A stretch of DNA of 64,000 bases from Phenylobacterium sp. (GCF_041920015.1 NZ_JAYRST010000002.1:18952-82951); one strand, 5' to 3'. Shown: positions 1 through 9,424, counted from the stretch's first letter. Notes: generated by a model not told the origin, from the sequence alone. Program-made: numbers and translations.

Positions 1-991
1 CCTTGGGCAAGGCCTGCGAGCGTCCCTTCACGCAGACCGCCGTCAGATCGCCGTGACCCGCTACGTCCAGAAGAAGCTGGTCCCAGTGGCGGTACTGGAC
101 GTCGTGCCCTTCGCCCTCATAGACCCGCATCGCCGCCAGGTTCGGCAGTCGCGCCTGCCAGGTCCTGGCGCTCTCCATCCCGACCTGGGTGTCGGCGGTT
201 CCCTGGTAGACATAGGCCGGCGCCTTGACCTGCGAGAGATCGGCCAGCGGCCCGCAATAGCGCATCACCTCGGCCGCCTCGGGCGCCGGGTCGCCCATCT
301 GGCCGTGGATGAAGAACGTCCGCGCGCCCTCCTCATAGGCCCGGTCGGCGAAGCCGGGGATCGCGTGGGTGGGGCTGTCCTTCGGGAAGGCCCACCAGGC
401 CTGCGGGTTCTGCACCTGCGGTTTCAACGCCGCGGCAAGTTGCTCGGGCGCCAGCTTGCAGACGCTGTCGCCCGCCGGCCGCTCGGTCGCCGCCGCCAGC
501 AGGTGCAGCGAGATCACCCGCTGGGGCATGAGGGCCGCCACCTGCGCCATATAGGGCCCGCCGCCGGAGATCGCGACGCCCGAGAACCGCTGCACGCCCA
601 GGTGATCGAGCACCGCCTTCACCTCGCCGGCGTAGTCGCCATAGCCCCAGCCGGGCGTCAGCGCCGTATCGCCAAAGCCGTTCCGCTCCACGGTGATCAG
701 CCGCAGCTTGAGCTGCACGCGCATGGTTTTCAGGAACTCGGTCATGCCGAAGGCGCGCGCGCTGGTGCCCGTGCCGCCGACGAACAGCACCGGCCGGAAG
801 CCCGCCTCGCCCGTGTCCGCAAAGTGGATCGTGCGCCCGCCTGGTCCTTTCAGCGCCTGCACCGCCGGACCGATGTCGTCGAAGGCGGCCGGCAGCTCAC
901 CGACCTTGGCGATGGTCGGCGGCTCGGCCCAGGCCCCGCTGGGCGCAAGCGCCGAGGCGGCAAGAGCCAGGACGATCAACGGCCGCTTCAT
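1..991 (-). CDS. Secreted alpha/beta-fold hydrolase (3' end runs off the window)
   Basis: Not in the ORF track. My translation from ATG 991 gives MKRPLIVLALAASALAPSGAWA (signal peptide), a nucleophile elbow VAISGGGPY, an acid motif QGTADT and a His motif EGEGHD. No stop in the N- and C-terminal portions I translated. Confidence 0.85.
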   Translation of the reverse strand, partial: MKRPLIVLALAASALAPSGAWAEPPTIAKVGELPAAFDDIGPAVQALKGPGGRTIHFADTGEAGFRPVLFVGGTGTSARAFGMTEFLKTMRVQLKLRLITVERNGFGDTALTPGWGYGDYAGEVKAVLDHLGVQRFSGVAISGGGPYMAQVAALMPQRVISLHLLAAATERPAGDSVCKLAPEQLAAALKPQVQNPQAWWAFPKDSPTHAIPGFADRAYEEGARTFFIHGQMGDPAPEAAEVMRYCGPLADLSQVKAPAYVYQGTADTQVGMESARTWQARLPNLAAMRVYEGEGHDVQYRHWDQLLLDVAGHGDLTAVCVKGRSQALPK

Positions 992-1071
992 GGTGCTTCT
1001 CCCCGACGCCGGCCTCGCGACGCCGTTCAGCGCCGAATCCAGGCCGTGACGGGAGCTTGCCCCGGCCGGGC

Positions 1072-1221
1072 CTAGCCGACCAGTCCGCGCAGGAAGGCGA
1101 TCGTCTCGACGCCCGCCAGAACCATGGCGCCGATGACCAGCAGGTCGAAGATGCGCCGCATCCAGACCAGCACGCCGGACCGCCGCTCGGGCGCCTCGGC
1201 TTCGACAAAGGTGAACCGCAT
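1072..1221 (-). CDS. 49-aa single-TM small membrane protein
   Basis: MRFTFVEAEAPERRSGVLVWMRRIFDLLVIGAMVLAGVETIAFLRGLVG; SD GGAGGA just upstream of ATG 1221; hydrophobic C-terminal half. Confidence 0.6.
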   Translation of the reverse strand: MRFTFVEAEAPERRSGVLVWMRRIFDLLVIGAMVLAGVETIAFLRGLVG

Positions 1222-1298
1222 TGTGTCCTCCGTCGGGACACCAGGTCCCCACGAAGGTCGCAGCCCGCAATTGCGGCGCCAGCCCCTCCAAAGCCGCG

Positions 1299-1439
1299 TC
1301 AGGCGGCGAGCATCGTCCAGCACCAGAGGCCCAGGCAGGCAAGCAGCAGGGTCCATAGGAACACGCGGATCACCGTCCACGCATTCGGCGGTCGCTTCCC
1401 CTGTCCGGGTTCCTCATAATGGATATAGAAGCGCGACAT
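1299..1439 (-). CDS. 46-aa single-TM small membrane protein
   Basis: MSRFYIHYEEPGQGKRPPNAWTVIRVFLWTLLLACLGLWCWTMLAA; GGAAG upstream of ATG 1439; C-terminal TM helix. Confidence 0.5.
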   Translation of the reverse strand: MSRFYIHYEEPGQGKRPPNAWTVIRVFLWTLLLACLGLWCWTMLAA

Positions 1440-1543
1440 GCTTCCAGAATAACGGCGTTCGGTCAAAGCTAGGTAAACACGTTTGGTTAGTTTCCGAGGT
1501 CTTACGCCTCGCGCCTCCTGGTCAGGTTGTGGAAAGGATAGCA

Positions 1544-1945
1544 ATGCACGCGGGCTCATGCCTCTGCCGGACGGTTCGCTTCGAGATCGACGGACCGCTG
1601 GCGCCGATCCAGTTCTGCCATTGCGGCGACTGTCGAAAGGCCCAGGGCGGCGCGTTCGCGACCAATATCCCCCTCGACACCAGGAACTTCCGCCTCTTGA
1701 GCGGCGCGGACGATCTGCAGGCCTACGAGTCCTCGCCGGGCAAGGAGCGCGTCTTCTGCCGGCGCTGCGGATCGCCGATCTTCAGCCGCCTGACGAGCAA
1801 GCCCGGCGTGGTGAGGCTGAGGGCCGGAACGCTGGACGCCCCGGTGGAGGCTGAGCGCGGCTTCCACTTCCACGTCGCCTCCAAGGCCGGCTGGTGGGAG
1901 ATCACCGACGACCTGCCGCAATATCCGGCTGAGCGGCCGCTTTAA
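1544..1945 (+). CDS. GFA (CENP-V/Mss4-like) Zn-binding family protein
   Basis: GSCLC...CHCGDCRK...FCRRCGS Cys pattern; SD AAGGA before ATG 1544. Confidence 0.9.
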   Translation: MHAGSCLCRTVRFEIDGPLAPIQFCHCGDCRKAQGGAFATNIPLDTRNFRLLSGADDLQAYESSPGKERVFCRRCGSPIFSRLTSKPGVVRLRAGTLDAPVEAERGFHFHVASKAGWWEITDDLPQYPAERPL

Positions 1946-3024
1946 CGGACCGGGTTGCGCCGGGCGACGCCGCCGCCCGGCAGACGCGTCTCATAGGGGC
2001 CCAGCCTGGGATCGGGCCGCATATAGTCGGTCGAGACATATTGCGCGCCCGAGGCGAAGGCCGCCGCCTGGCGGCTCCTGTCATCAGCGCGCGCCTCGGC
2101 GGTGTCGGCGTCGGCGCGGGTGCGCACCAGCAGGCCCGACTTGACCGCCGCGGCGATCCGGCCAGCCTGGGCCTTCGGCTCGTTCAGGGTGATGTAGGCC
2201 GCCGCCGGCGAGCCTTCGTCGATGTTCACGAACATGACCCGGCCTTCCAGCGAGCGTCGGCCGCCGCGATAGAGCGCGACCTGCTCCTCCGGCGCATCCA
2301 GCGCGAACATCACCTTGCCGCGCGCCGCCTTCAGGGGCGGCCAACCCCCGGCCAGAACCGCCTCGCGCAGCGTGCGCCGCCGCCCTTGGACCTGGTCCGG
2401 GACGATGAGCTCCGAAGCCTGGAAGACCGAACGGATCTCCGCATCCACCCGATCCATCGCCGCGCCGTCGAACGGCAGGGCTAGGGTCGCGCCTGGCAGC
2501 TTCAGGCCGTCCTCCTTCAGGTTGAGCAGGATCAGCAGCGGCAGGTGCTCGGGGTGAGCCCTGGACCAGTCGCGCACCTGTTCCAGGCAGGTCGTGAACC
2601 GGGGACAGTTGGAGCGATAGTCGATGTCCTGGGCGTGCATCACCTTCAGCCCCGGCGCCTTCAGCGGCGCAAGGTCGTAGGGCAGGTCGTCAGCCACCTT
2701 CATCGCCAGGGGCGAGGCGTAGCGGCCGCCTTCCGGATCGTTCAACAGGTCGAGCTCCAGTTGCCGCGCTCCGGCGTCGAGCTGCGCGGCGAGCGGCGGG
2801 TGAGCATAGTCCAGCGCGTCGGCCTGCTGCGGGTCGGCCGCGCGCACCAGCTTCATCTGCGCGGGCGAGATCGCCAGTTTGTAGGAATTGTGGGTGCCCA
2901 CCGCCTGGATGTCGTTGAGCTTCAACCGGTCGACGGCCGCGCGCGTGCATCCGGCCTCCCCGGACGGTGCTTCGAGATCGCAGGCCCCGGCGAGCGCCGC
3001 GGCGGCGAGAACGGCGATCAGCAT
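1942..3024 (-). CDS. Secreted Ca2+-dependent PI-phospholipase C-like phosphodiesterase
   Basis: Signal peptide with possible lipobox LAGAC; catalytic GTHNSY, ELD and VMH...IDYRSNC motifs; VRTRAD and SGAQYVSTDY. Confidence 0.8.
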   Translation of the reverse strand: MLIAVLAAAALAGACDLEAPSGEAGCTRAAVDRLKLNDIQAVGTHNSYKLAISPAQMKLVRAADPQQADALDYAHPPLAAQLDAGARQLELDLLNDPEGGRYASPLAMKVADDLPYDLAPLKAPGLKVMHAQDIDYRSNCPRFTTCLEQVRDWSRAHPEHLPLLILLNLKEDGLKLPGATLALPFDGAAMDRVDAEIRSVFQASELIVPDQVQGRRRTLREAVLAGGWPPLKAARGKVMFALDAPEEQVALYRGGRRSLEGRVMFVNIDEGSPAAAYITLNEPKAQAGRIAAAVKSGLLVRTRADADTAEARADDRSRQAAAFASGAQYVSTDYMRPDPRLGPYETRLPGGGVARRNPVR

Positions 3025-3054
3025 GACTTCTCCCTGTTCCGATCTCGCGCGGCC

Positions 3055-3558
3055 TTAAGCCCGCACGATGGTTATCTCCAGCGGCGAAGGCGGATAGTCG
3101 CCCCCGGCCACCGCGCCGATCAGGTCGAGGAACCGCTCGGGAAACACCCGCTCGGCCGTGACCGCCAATTCCTCCAGCGCCCACCAGCGAATATCGTCGA
3201 TCAGACTGGTCTCATGAGCTTCCCATCCGGCGCGGGAAGGCTCCCCGCCGCCGCAGCGGGCGACGATGTAGGATTCCTTGAAAACCACCCGCTCGCCCGA
3301 GGCCAGCTCTCCCACCGCCTCCCGCGTCCAGACGACCGGCCCCAGCTCCACGTCCAGAAAGCCGGTTTCCTCGCCGATCTCCCGAAGCGCGGCCGCCTCC
3401 AGGCTCTCCCCCGGCTCGACCCCGCCCCCGACCGTGAACCAAGACGAGGTGTGCATCGGCCGGTTGGGCAACCGCCCCTTCATCAGCAGGATCCGCCCCG
3501 AGCCGTCGAACAGCAGGACGCGGGCGGTCAGACGTTCACGCAAAGGCGCCTCCAGCAC
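3055..3558 (-). CDS. NUDIX hydrolase (start uncertain; GTG 3558 or TTG 3576)
   Basis: Nudix box GGGVEPGESLEAAALREIGEETG. Confidence 0.9.
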   Translation of the reverse strand: MLEAPLRERLTARVLLFDGSGRILLMKGRLPNRPMHTSSWFTVGGGVEPGESLEAAALREIGEETGFLDVELGPVVWTREAVGELASGERVVFKESYIVARCGGGEPSRAGWEAHETSLIDDIRWWALEELAVTAERVFPERFLDLIGAVAGGDYPPSPLEITIVRA

Positions 3559-3603
3559 GTCCCGGCAATCTAGCAAAAGGCGCAGGCTTCGCGAACGGCG
3601 CTC

Positions 3604-3618
3604 TCAACGTGAAATTAA
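3604..3618. promoter_or_regulatory. Near-consensus CtrA box upstream of the EAL gene
   Basis: TCAA-CGTGAAA-TTAA versus consensus TTAA-N7-TTAA (1 mismatch), in the divergent intergenic region. Confidence 0.45.
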
Positions 3619-3663
3619 GGCGCTAGGACAAAGATATAGCCGGCCCGCTCGGAGACCCACCCT

Positions 3664-5280
3664 TTGTCGCTCGCCCCACAGCGCCTGCTTGGTTTCGCAT
3701 TCGCCGGCGCGGACCTGCTTCTCGAAATCGACGGCGAGGGCCGGATCGGCCTGGCGCTCGGCGCCAGCGAAGCCCTTTCGGGATCGCCGGAAACCGACCT
3801 GGTCGGCCGCTCCTGGCGCGATTTCGCCGACAGCCGCGACCACGCCATGGTCGAGGCCCTGCTAGGCGGCCTGAAGGAAGGCGCCCGCGGCGGGCCGGTG
3901 ACGATCGCCCTGGCCGGCGCGCCGAACGGCGTCCAGCGCGCGGCTTCGATGAGCGCCTTCCGCATGCCGGGCTCCGGCGGCGTGGTCTCCTGCGTCTTCA
4001 GCCGCGCCGGAGGCAAGGTCGTCCACGAACTGCACGACAAGGCCTCGTTCGAGACGACGGCGGCCAATCTGATCGAAGCGGCCAGGGCCAACGGCCAGGA
4101 CCTGGAAATGGCCTTCCTCGAATTCGGCGGCCTGGCGGCCCTGCGCGGCCGGCTCGGTCCCGAGGCGGCGCAGGCGCTCGACCAGCGACTGGCCGGCGCC
4201 CTGCGCGCCCAGTCGCACGGCGGCTCGGCCGCCGCCGAGCTCGGCGACAACCGCTTCGCCCTGGTCCGCCCCAAGGGAGACGCTGTCGAGGCCCTGGTCC
4301 AGCGGCTGATCTCCATCATCGACAAGGACCGCGCCTGCGGCCTCGAGGCGGATGTCCGACTGATGGCCCTGCAATCGGATGCCAGCCCCAGCCAGATCGC
4401 CCGCGCGATCCGCTTCTCGCTGGACGCTTTCATCGCCGACGGCCTCTCCGCGGACGGGCCCATGGACCTCAGCGAGGTCGTCGACCGCTCGATCAAGAAG
4501 ACGCTCTCCGAGGTCGGCATGCTGGGGGCGGCCGTCAGCGACCGCCGCTTCAACCTCGTCTTCCAGCCGGTGGTGGACCTGAAGGCCGGCTCGACCCTGC
4601 ACCACTTCGAGGTGCTGGTTCGCTTCGGCGACAGCGCCAGCCCCTATCCGATGATCCGCATGGCCGAGGAGCTCGACATGATCGAGCCGCTCGACATCGC
4701 CGTGGTCGACCAGACCATCGCCCGCCTGGTGGCCGAGCCGCACCTGAAGCTCGCGGCCAACGTCTCTGGCCGCACCATCGTCAGCCCGGCCTTCGTGACC
4801 GCGGTCCACCGGATGCTGGCCGACGCGCCCAGCGCCGCCGGCCGGCTGCTGCTGGAAATCACCGAGAGCGCCGCCATCGACGACCTGGCCTTGGCAGATC
4901 GTCATCTCTCGGCCCTGCGCGAGAAGGGTTGCGTCGTCTGCCTGGACGACTTCGGGGCCGGCGCCGCCTCCCTGGCCTATCTGCAGCAACTGACCCTCGA
5001 CATCGTCAAGATCGACGGCCGCTTCATTCGCGAACTCCAGCACGGCGGGCGCGAGAGCACCTTCATCCGGCATCTGGTCCGCATGTGCTCGGAGCTGAAG
5101 GTCCAGACCATCGCCGAGATGGTCGAGACTCCCCAGGCCGAGGACGCCGTGCGCCGCGCCGGCGTCGACTTCGCCCAGGGCTGGCTCTACGGCGCGGCCG
5201 CAGAGACCCCGAGCTTCACCAACCCCGCGCCCGCGGCGCCGGCCGCCCGCCGGAGAGGGGCGGTCGATAGCTGGGGCTGA
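3664..5280 (+). CDS. c-di-GMP phosphodiesterase (PAS-like + degenerate GGDEF + EAL)
   Basis: EVLVR, AANVS, LEITES, DDFGAG, KID, EMVET and AQG motifs present; GGDEF site degenerate (ELGDNRF). Confidence 0.88.
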   Translation: MSLAPQRLLGFAFAGADLLLEIDGEGRIGLALGASEALSGSPETDLVGRSWRDFADSRDHAMVEALLGGLKEGARGGPVTIALAGAPNGVQRAASMSAFRMPGSGGVVSCVFSRAGGKVVHELHDKASFETTAANLIEAARANGQDLEMAFLEFGGLAALRGRLGPEAAQALDQRLAGALRAQSHGGSAAAELGDNRFALVRPKGDAVEALVQRLISIIDKDRACGLEADVRLMALQSDASPSQIARAIRFSLDAFIADGLSADGPMDLSEVVDRSIKKTLSEVGMLGAAVSDRRFNLVFQPVVDLKAGSTLHHFEVLVRFGDSASPYPMIRMAEELDMIEPLDIAVVDQTIARLVAEPHLKLAANVSGRTIVSPAFVTAVHRMLADAPSAAGRLLLEITESAAIDDLALADRHLSALREKGCVVCLDDFGAGAASLAYLQQLTLDIVKIDGRFIRELQHGGRESTFIRHLVRMCSELKVQTIAEMVETPQAEDAVRRAGVDFAQGWLYGAAAETPSFTNPAPAAPAARRRGAVDSWG

Positions 5281-5290
5281 ACGCGCCGCC

Positions 5291-7138
5291 CTAAACCCCG
5301 GCGATATGCTGGTCCACCACCGCTTCCAGGACCGTCAGCGGCATGGCGCCCGACAGCAGGCCCGCATCGTGGAACTTGCGGATGTCGAAGCGCTCGCCCA
5401 GCGCGGCCTTCGCCTTGGCCCGCAGGCGCAGCCACTCCAGCTTGCCGACCATGTAGCTGCAGGCCTGGCCCGGCCAGACCACATAGCGTTCGATCTCGGT
5501 GGTCGAGGCTTTGGTCGGCGTGCCGCTGATGGCGTTCATCGTCTCAATGGCCTTCTCGCGGCTCCAGCGCTTGGCGTGCATGCCGGTGTCGACCACCAGC
5601 CGCGCGGCCCGGAACAGCGAGGACTGGATGTAGCCGATCTCCCCGCGCGGATCGCCTTCGTAGACCCCCATCTCGCGGGCCAGTTCCTCGGCGTAGAGCG
5701 CCCAACCCTCCCCATAGGCCGACAGGAAGGTCGCCCGGCGGATCATCGGCAGGTCGGCCTCCTGCTGCAGCGACAGTTGCAGGTGATGGCCCGGCACGCC
5801 CTCGTGATAGGTGATCGTCGGCAGCGCCCATTTCGGATACTCGGCCGTGTCGCGCAGGTTCAGCCAGTAGATGCCGGGCCGCGTACCGTCGAGGCTGGGC
5901 TGGTTGTAGTAGCCGCCGGGCGCGGCGGCCTCGATGGCCTGGGGCACGCGCTTGATCTGCAAGGGCGCCTTGGGCAGGGCGCCGAAATAGTCCGGCAACC
6001 GCTTGGTCGTCGCCGCCACCAGCTCCATCAGGTCGGCGATCAGCTTCTCCTTGCCCGCATCGGTGTTCGGATAGTGATAGCGCTTGTCCTTGTAGAGCGC
6101 CTGGATGCGCTCGCCGACGCCGCCACGGGTCAGGCCCTGCCCCTTCAACAGCTCGTCGGCCCGCGATTGCAGCGCCTTGGCCTGCTCCAGGCCGATGTTG
6201 TGGATTTCATCGGCGGTCAGCCGCGTCGTCGTCGATCCGTGCAAGGCGTGCTCGTAATAGGCCTCGCCGTCCGGCTGGCGCCAGACTCCGGCGTCGTGCC
6301 AGGCCCTACCCTGGATATCCTTGAAGAGCGCGATCTGCCGCTCCAGGGCCGGCGCGACCTTCTCGGCATAGATCTTGGCGGCCTGACCGGCATAGTCCCC
6401 GGCGATCCCCTTCTCCTTGGCCCGGCGCGCGACCGAGGCCACCAGGCTCGAAGCCTCGGGCGCGGTCAGCATTCCCTGCATCTGCGGCAGGGCTCGGCTG
6501 ATGATGAAATCGGGCGGAACGACGCCTGCGCCGATGTCCTTGCGGGCCCGCTCGACCTCCTCGTCGATCACCTTGCCGAAGTCGGCCAGGCGCGAGAGGT
6601 AGGCGTCGGCGTCTTCCTTGGTCTCGATCCGGTGCTGGTTGTCCAGCCAGTCCGGCGTCGACTGATACGAGCCGGTGAGCTGCGAGATCATGTAGGGCTG
6701 GCCCGCGCCGAGATAGCCGTAGTCGAAGCGCTGGTTGGCCGCCTCGGCGGTCTCCAGGTTGAAGAGGATGCTGTCGTAGTTCACGCCCGCCATGCCGCTC
6801 AGCCGGCTGCGGTCGATGGCCTTCAGCGCCTTGAGCTGGGCGGTGTTGAGCGCCTTGTCCCTGGCCTTGTCGGCCAACGAGGCGTCGTCCAGCCGGAACT
6901 TGGCGGAAGCCCGCCCATCCTTGTCGAGACCGAGGCTGGTGACGAGCTGCGGGCCGTCGTCCAGCGCCTCCTGGAAAATGCGGTCCAGGAAGGCGTCGAG
7001 CTGCTCGCTCGCCCCCGGGGTCGCTGGCGGCGTGGGCGCAGCCGCAGGCGCGGCGGCCATCGCCTGCGGCCTGGTCGCGCATCCGGCCAGGGCGACCAGC
7101 GCGCCGGCGGACAGAAGCAGTTGACGACGGTTTTGCAT
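5291..7138 (-). CDS. DUF885-family Tat-exported lipoprotein, putative metallopeptidase
   Basis: NRRQLL twin-Arg signal plus lipobox LAGC; YHEGVPGHHLQ and EGWALYAE motifs; PGQACSY. Confidence 0.88.
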   Translation of the reverse strand: MQNRRQLLLSAGALVALAGCATRPQAMAAAPAAAPTPPATPGASEQLDAFLDRIFQEALDDGPQLVTSLGLDKDGRASAKFRLDDASLADKARDKALNTAQLKALKAIDRSRLSGMAGVNYDSILFNLETAEAANQRFDYGYLGAGQPYMISQLTGSYQSTPDWLDNQHRIETKEDADAYLSRLADFGKVIDEEVERARKDIGAGVVPPDFIISRALPQMQGMLTAPEASSLVASVARRAKEKGIAGDYAGQAAKIYAEKVAPALERQIALFKDIQGRAWHDAGVWRQPDGEAYYEHALHGSTTTRLTADEIHNIGLEQAKALQSRADELLKGQGLTRGGVGERIQALYKDKRYHYPNTDAGKEKLIADLMELVAATTKRLPDYFGALPKAPLQIKRVPQAIEAAAPGGYYNQPSLDGTRPGIYWLNLRDTAEYPKWALPTITYHEGVPGHHLQLSLQQEADLPMIRRATFLSAYGEGWALYAEELAREMGVYEGDPRGEIGYIQSSLFRAARLVVDTGMHAKRWSREKAIETMNAISGTPTKASTTEIERYVVWPGQACSYMVGKLEWLRLRAKAKAALGERFDIRKFHDAGLLSGAMPLTVLEAVVDQHIAGV

Positions 7139-7330
7139 GTATCGCCCTCCCCGGATTCGTTACATTGTGACGCGGACCCTATGGGGAGGGCCTTGCTCGC
7201 GGCAAGAGAGGCCCATGGCGCGAGGCGTTAAATCTCCGTAATGGGATCGCGCCGGTTCAATCGATTGTCGCAGAGACGCCGCAATCTCCCGGCAGCTATC
7301 TTTCACCTGCCCGCTCGGACCCTGCCCCAC

Positions 7331-8344
7331 GTGACCGACCCCAAGCCCGCCGACTGGAGCCGCCGGCTCGCCGACTACAAGCGCCCCCACCTGGGCCGCA
7401 GCCTCTTCGAGCTCGCCCTGACCGGTTCTGCGCTCATCGCGCTGTGGGCGCTGGGCTGGGTCGCGTTCCATGCCGGCCACTGGTGGCTGGCCCTGCTGAT
7501 CGCCGTGCCGGCTGCGGCCTTCCTGGTGCGGCTGTTCATGATCCAGCACGACTGCGGCCACGGCGCGTTCTTCGAAGCCAAGGCGGCGAACGACTGGACC
7601 GGCCGGGTCATCGGCCTCTTCACCCTGACGCCGTACGACTACTGGCGGCGCACCCACGCCATGCACCACGCCACCTCGGGCAACCTCGACCGCCGCGGCC
7701 TGGGCGTGATCGAGATGCTGACCGTCGAGGAATATCTCGCCCTGCCGCCGATCCGCCGGCTCGGCTACCGGCTCTACCGCAACCCGGCGGTGATGTTCGG
7801 CCTTGGGCCCACCTTCGTCTTCTTCCTGCAGCAGCGCCTGCCCATCGGCCTGATGAAGGAGGGCTGGCGTCCGTGGCTCTCGACGCTCGGCAACACCGCG
7901 GTGGTGGCCGTGGCGCTGGGCGTGATGATGTGGCTGCTGGGCGTGCTGCCCGTGATCCTGGTCAACTTCACCACCATGGTCGTGGCCGCAACCATCGGGG
8001 TCTGGCTGTTCTTCGTGCAGCACCAGTTCGAGGGCGTGGCCTGGGCCCGCAACAAGGACTGGAAGCGCGACGAGGCCGCCCTGCACGGCAGCTCCCACTA
8101 CGACCTGCCTCAGCCCCTGCGCTGGCTGACCGCCAATATCGGCATCCACCACGTCCACCACCTGTCGGCGCGCATCCCGTTCTATCGGCTGCCGCAGGTT
8201 CTGAAGGACCATCCGGAACTGCGCGACGTCAGCCGCATCGGCCTGTGGGAAAGCTTCCGCAACGCGCGCCTGGCGCTCTGGGACGAGGCGGGCCAGAAGC
8301 TGGTCTCCTTCCGCGAAATCCGCCACCTGCCCCGCGCAGCCTAG
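7331..8344 (+). CDS. Membrane fatty acid desaturase (Des-like)
   Basis: His boxes HDCGH, HAMHH and HHVHH; multiple TM helices; start GTG 7331 inferred. Confidence 0.9.
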   Translation: MTDPKPADWSRRLADYKRPHLGRSLFELALTGSALIALWALGWVAFHAGHWWLALLIAVPAAAFLVRLFMIQHDCGHGAFFEAKAANDWTGRVIGLFTLTPYDYWRRTHAMHHATSGNLDRRGLGVIEMLTVEEYLALPPIRRLGYRLYRNPAVMFGLGPTFVFFLQQRLPIGLMKEGWRPWLSTLGNTAVVAVALGVMMWLLGVLPVILVNFTTMVVAATIGVWLFFVQHQFEGVAWARNKDWKRDEAALHGSSHYDLPQPLRWLTANIGIHHVHHLSARIPFYRLPQVLKDHPELRDVSRIGLWESFRNARLALWDEAGQKLVSFREIRHLPRAA

Positions 8345-8351
8345 ATCGGGC

Positions 8352-9368
8352 TCAAGGCTCCGGCGATATCCGCACCAGCAGCTTGCCGTCGTGATCGCCG
8401 GTGAACAGCCGGCCCAGGGCGTCCAGCGCGTTCTCCAGATCGTCGACCACGTGCGTCTTCCATTTCAGATGGTGCGAGGCCACCAGCGGCGCGAGCACGG
8501 CCATCGCCTCGGCCGCCCGCGGCAGGTAGTCGATGACGATGAAGCCCTTGATGAGGATGCGGTGCATCAGCACGCGGGCGAAGTCCGACGGCCCCGCAAC
8601 CGGGCCCTCGCGGTTGTAGGTCGAGATCATCCCGCAGAGCGGCATGCGGCTGAAGGTGTTCATGTGGGCGATCACCGCGTCCATGACCGCGCCGCCGACG
8701 TTCTCGAAATTGATGTCCACCCCGTTCGGCGCCAGCCGCGCCAGCTCGGCCGAGATGTCCTGCGAGCGGTGGTCGATCGCCCCGTCGAACCCCAGGTCGT
8801 GGGTCAGCCAGCGGCATTTCTCCGGCCCGCCGGCGATGCCGATCACCCGGCACCCCTCCGCCTTGGCCAGTTGCCCGACAATGGAGCCGACCGCCCCGGC
8901 CGCCGCCGACACCACCACCGTCTCGCCCGGCTGCGGCTTGCCGATGTCCATCAGCCCGAAATAGGCGGTCATACCGGTCGCGCCCAGCACGCTCATATGC
9001 GCGGTCAGCGGCACTCCGGACAGATGCGGCACGCGGCGGGCGACGCCCTCCGAAGCGACGGTGTAGTCCTGCCAGCCGCCGAGGCCCGGATTGACGATCA
9101 CCCCTTCGGGCAGGCTCGCGGCGCGGGACTTCTCGACCACTCCGATCACCCCGCCGCGCATGACGTCGCCGATCCGCACCGGTGGCAGGTACTGATCCTG
9201 GTCGCTCATCCAGATGCGATGGGTCGGGTCGAGGGAAAGGTAGAGGTTGCGGATCAGCACCTCGCCGTCCTTCAGCTCGGGTAGCTCAGCCTCCACCAGT
9301 TCCAGATCTTCCGGCGTGACCTCGGCGGCCGGCCGCCTGCGAAGCACCCACTGGCGATTGATCGGCAT
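8352..9368 (-). CDS. NADP-dependent MDR oxidoreductase (YncB/CurA/prostaglandin reductase-like)
   Basis: LSLDPTHR, GMTAYFGL, SAAAGAVGS, FENVGG and GKLLV motifs; SD GAGG before ATG 9368. Confidence 0.9.
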   Translation of the reverse strand: MPINRQWVLRRRPAAEVTPEDLELVEAELPELKDGEVLIRNLYLSLDPTHRIWMSDQDQYLPPVRIGDVMRGGVIGVVEKSRAASLPEGVIVNPGLGGWQDYTVASEGVARRVPHLSGVPLTAHMSVLGATGMTAYFGLMDIGKPQPGETVVVSAAAGAVGSIVGQLAKAEGCRVIGIAGGPEKCRWLTHDLGFDGAIDHRSQDISAELARLAPNGVDINFENVGGAVMDAVIAHMNTFSRMPLCGMISTYNREGPVAGPSDFARVLMHRILIKGFIVIDYLPRAAEAMAVLAPLVASHHLKWKTHVVDDLENALDALGRLFTGDHDGKLLVRISPEP

Positions 9369-9424
9369 GACGGCTTCCTCCCCCTCGTCTTGGAAGCGAT
9401 CATGGTCCCGCCGGCCGGCGGCGT

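Noticed and set aside
1466-1500. AT-rich patch GGTAAACACGTTTGGTTAGTTT as a CtrA site
   Set aside because: It does not fit TTAA-N7-TTAA spacing on either strand; likely just the divergent promoter region.
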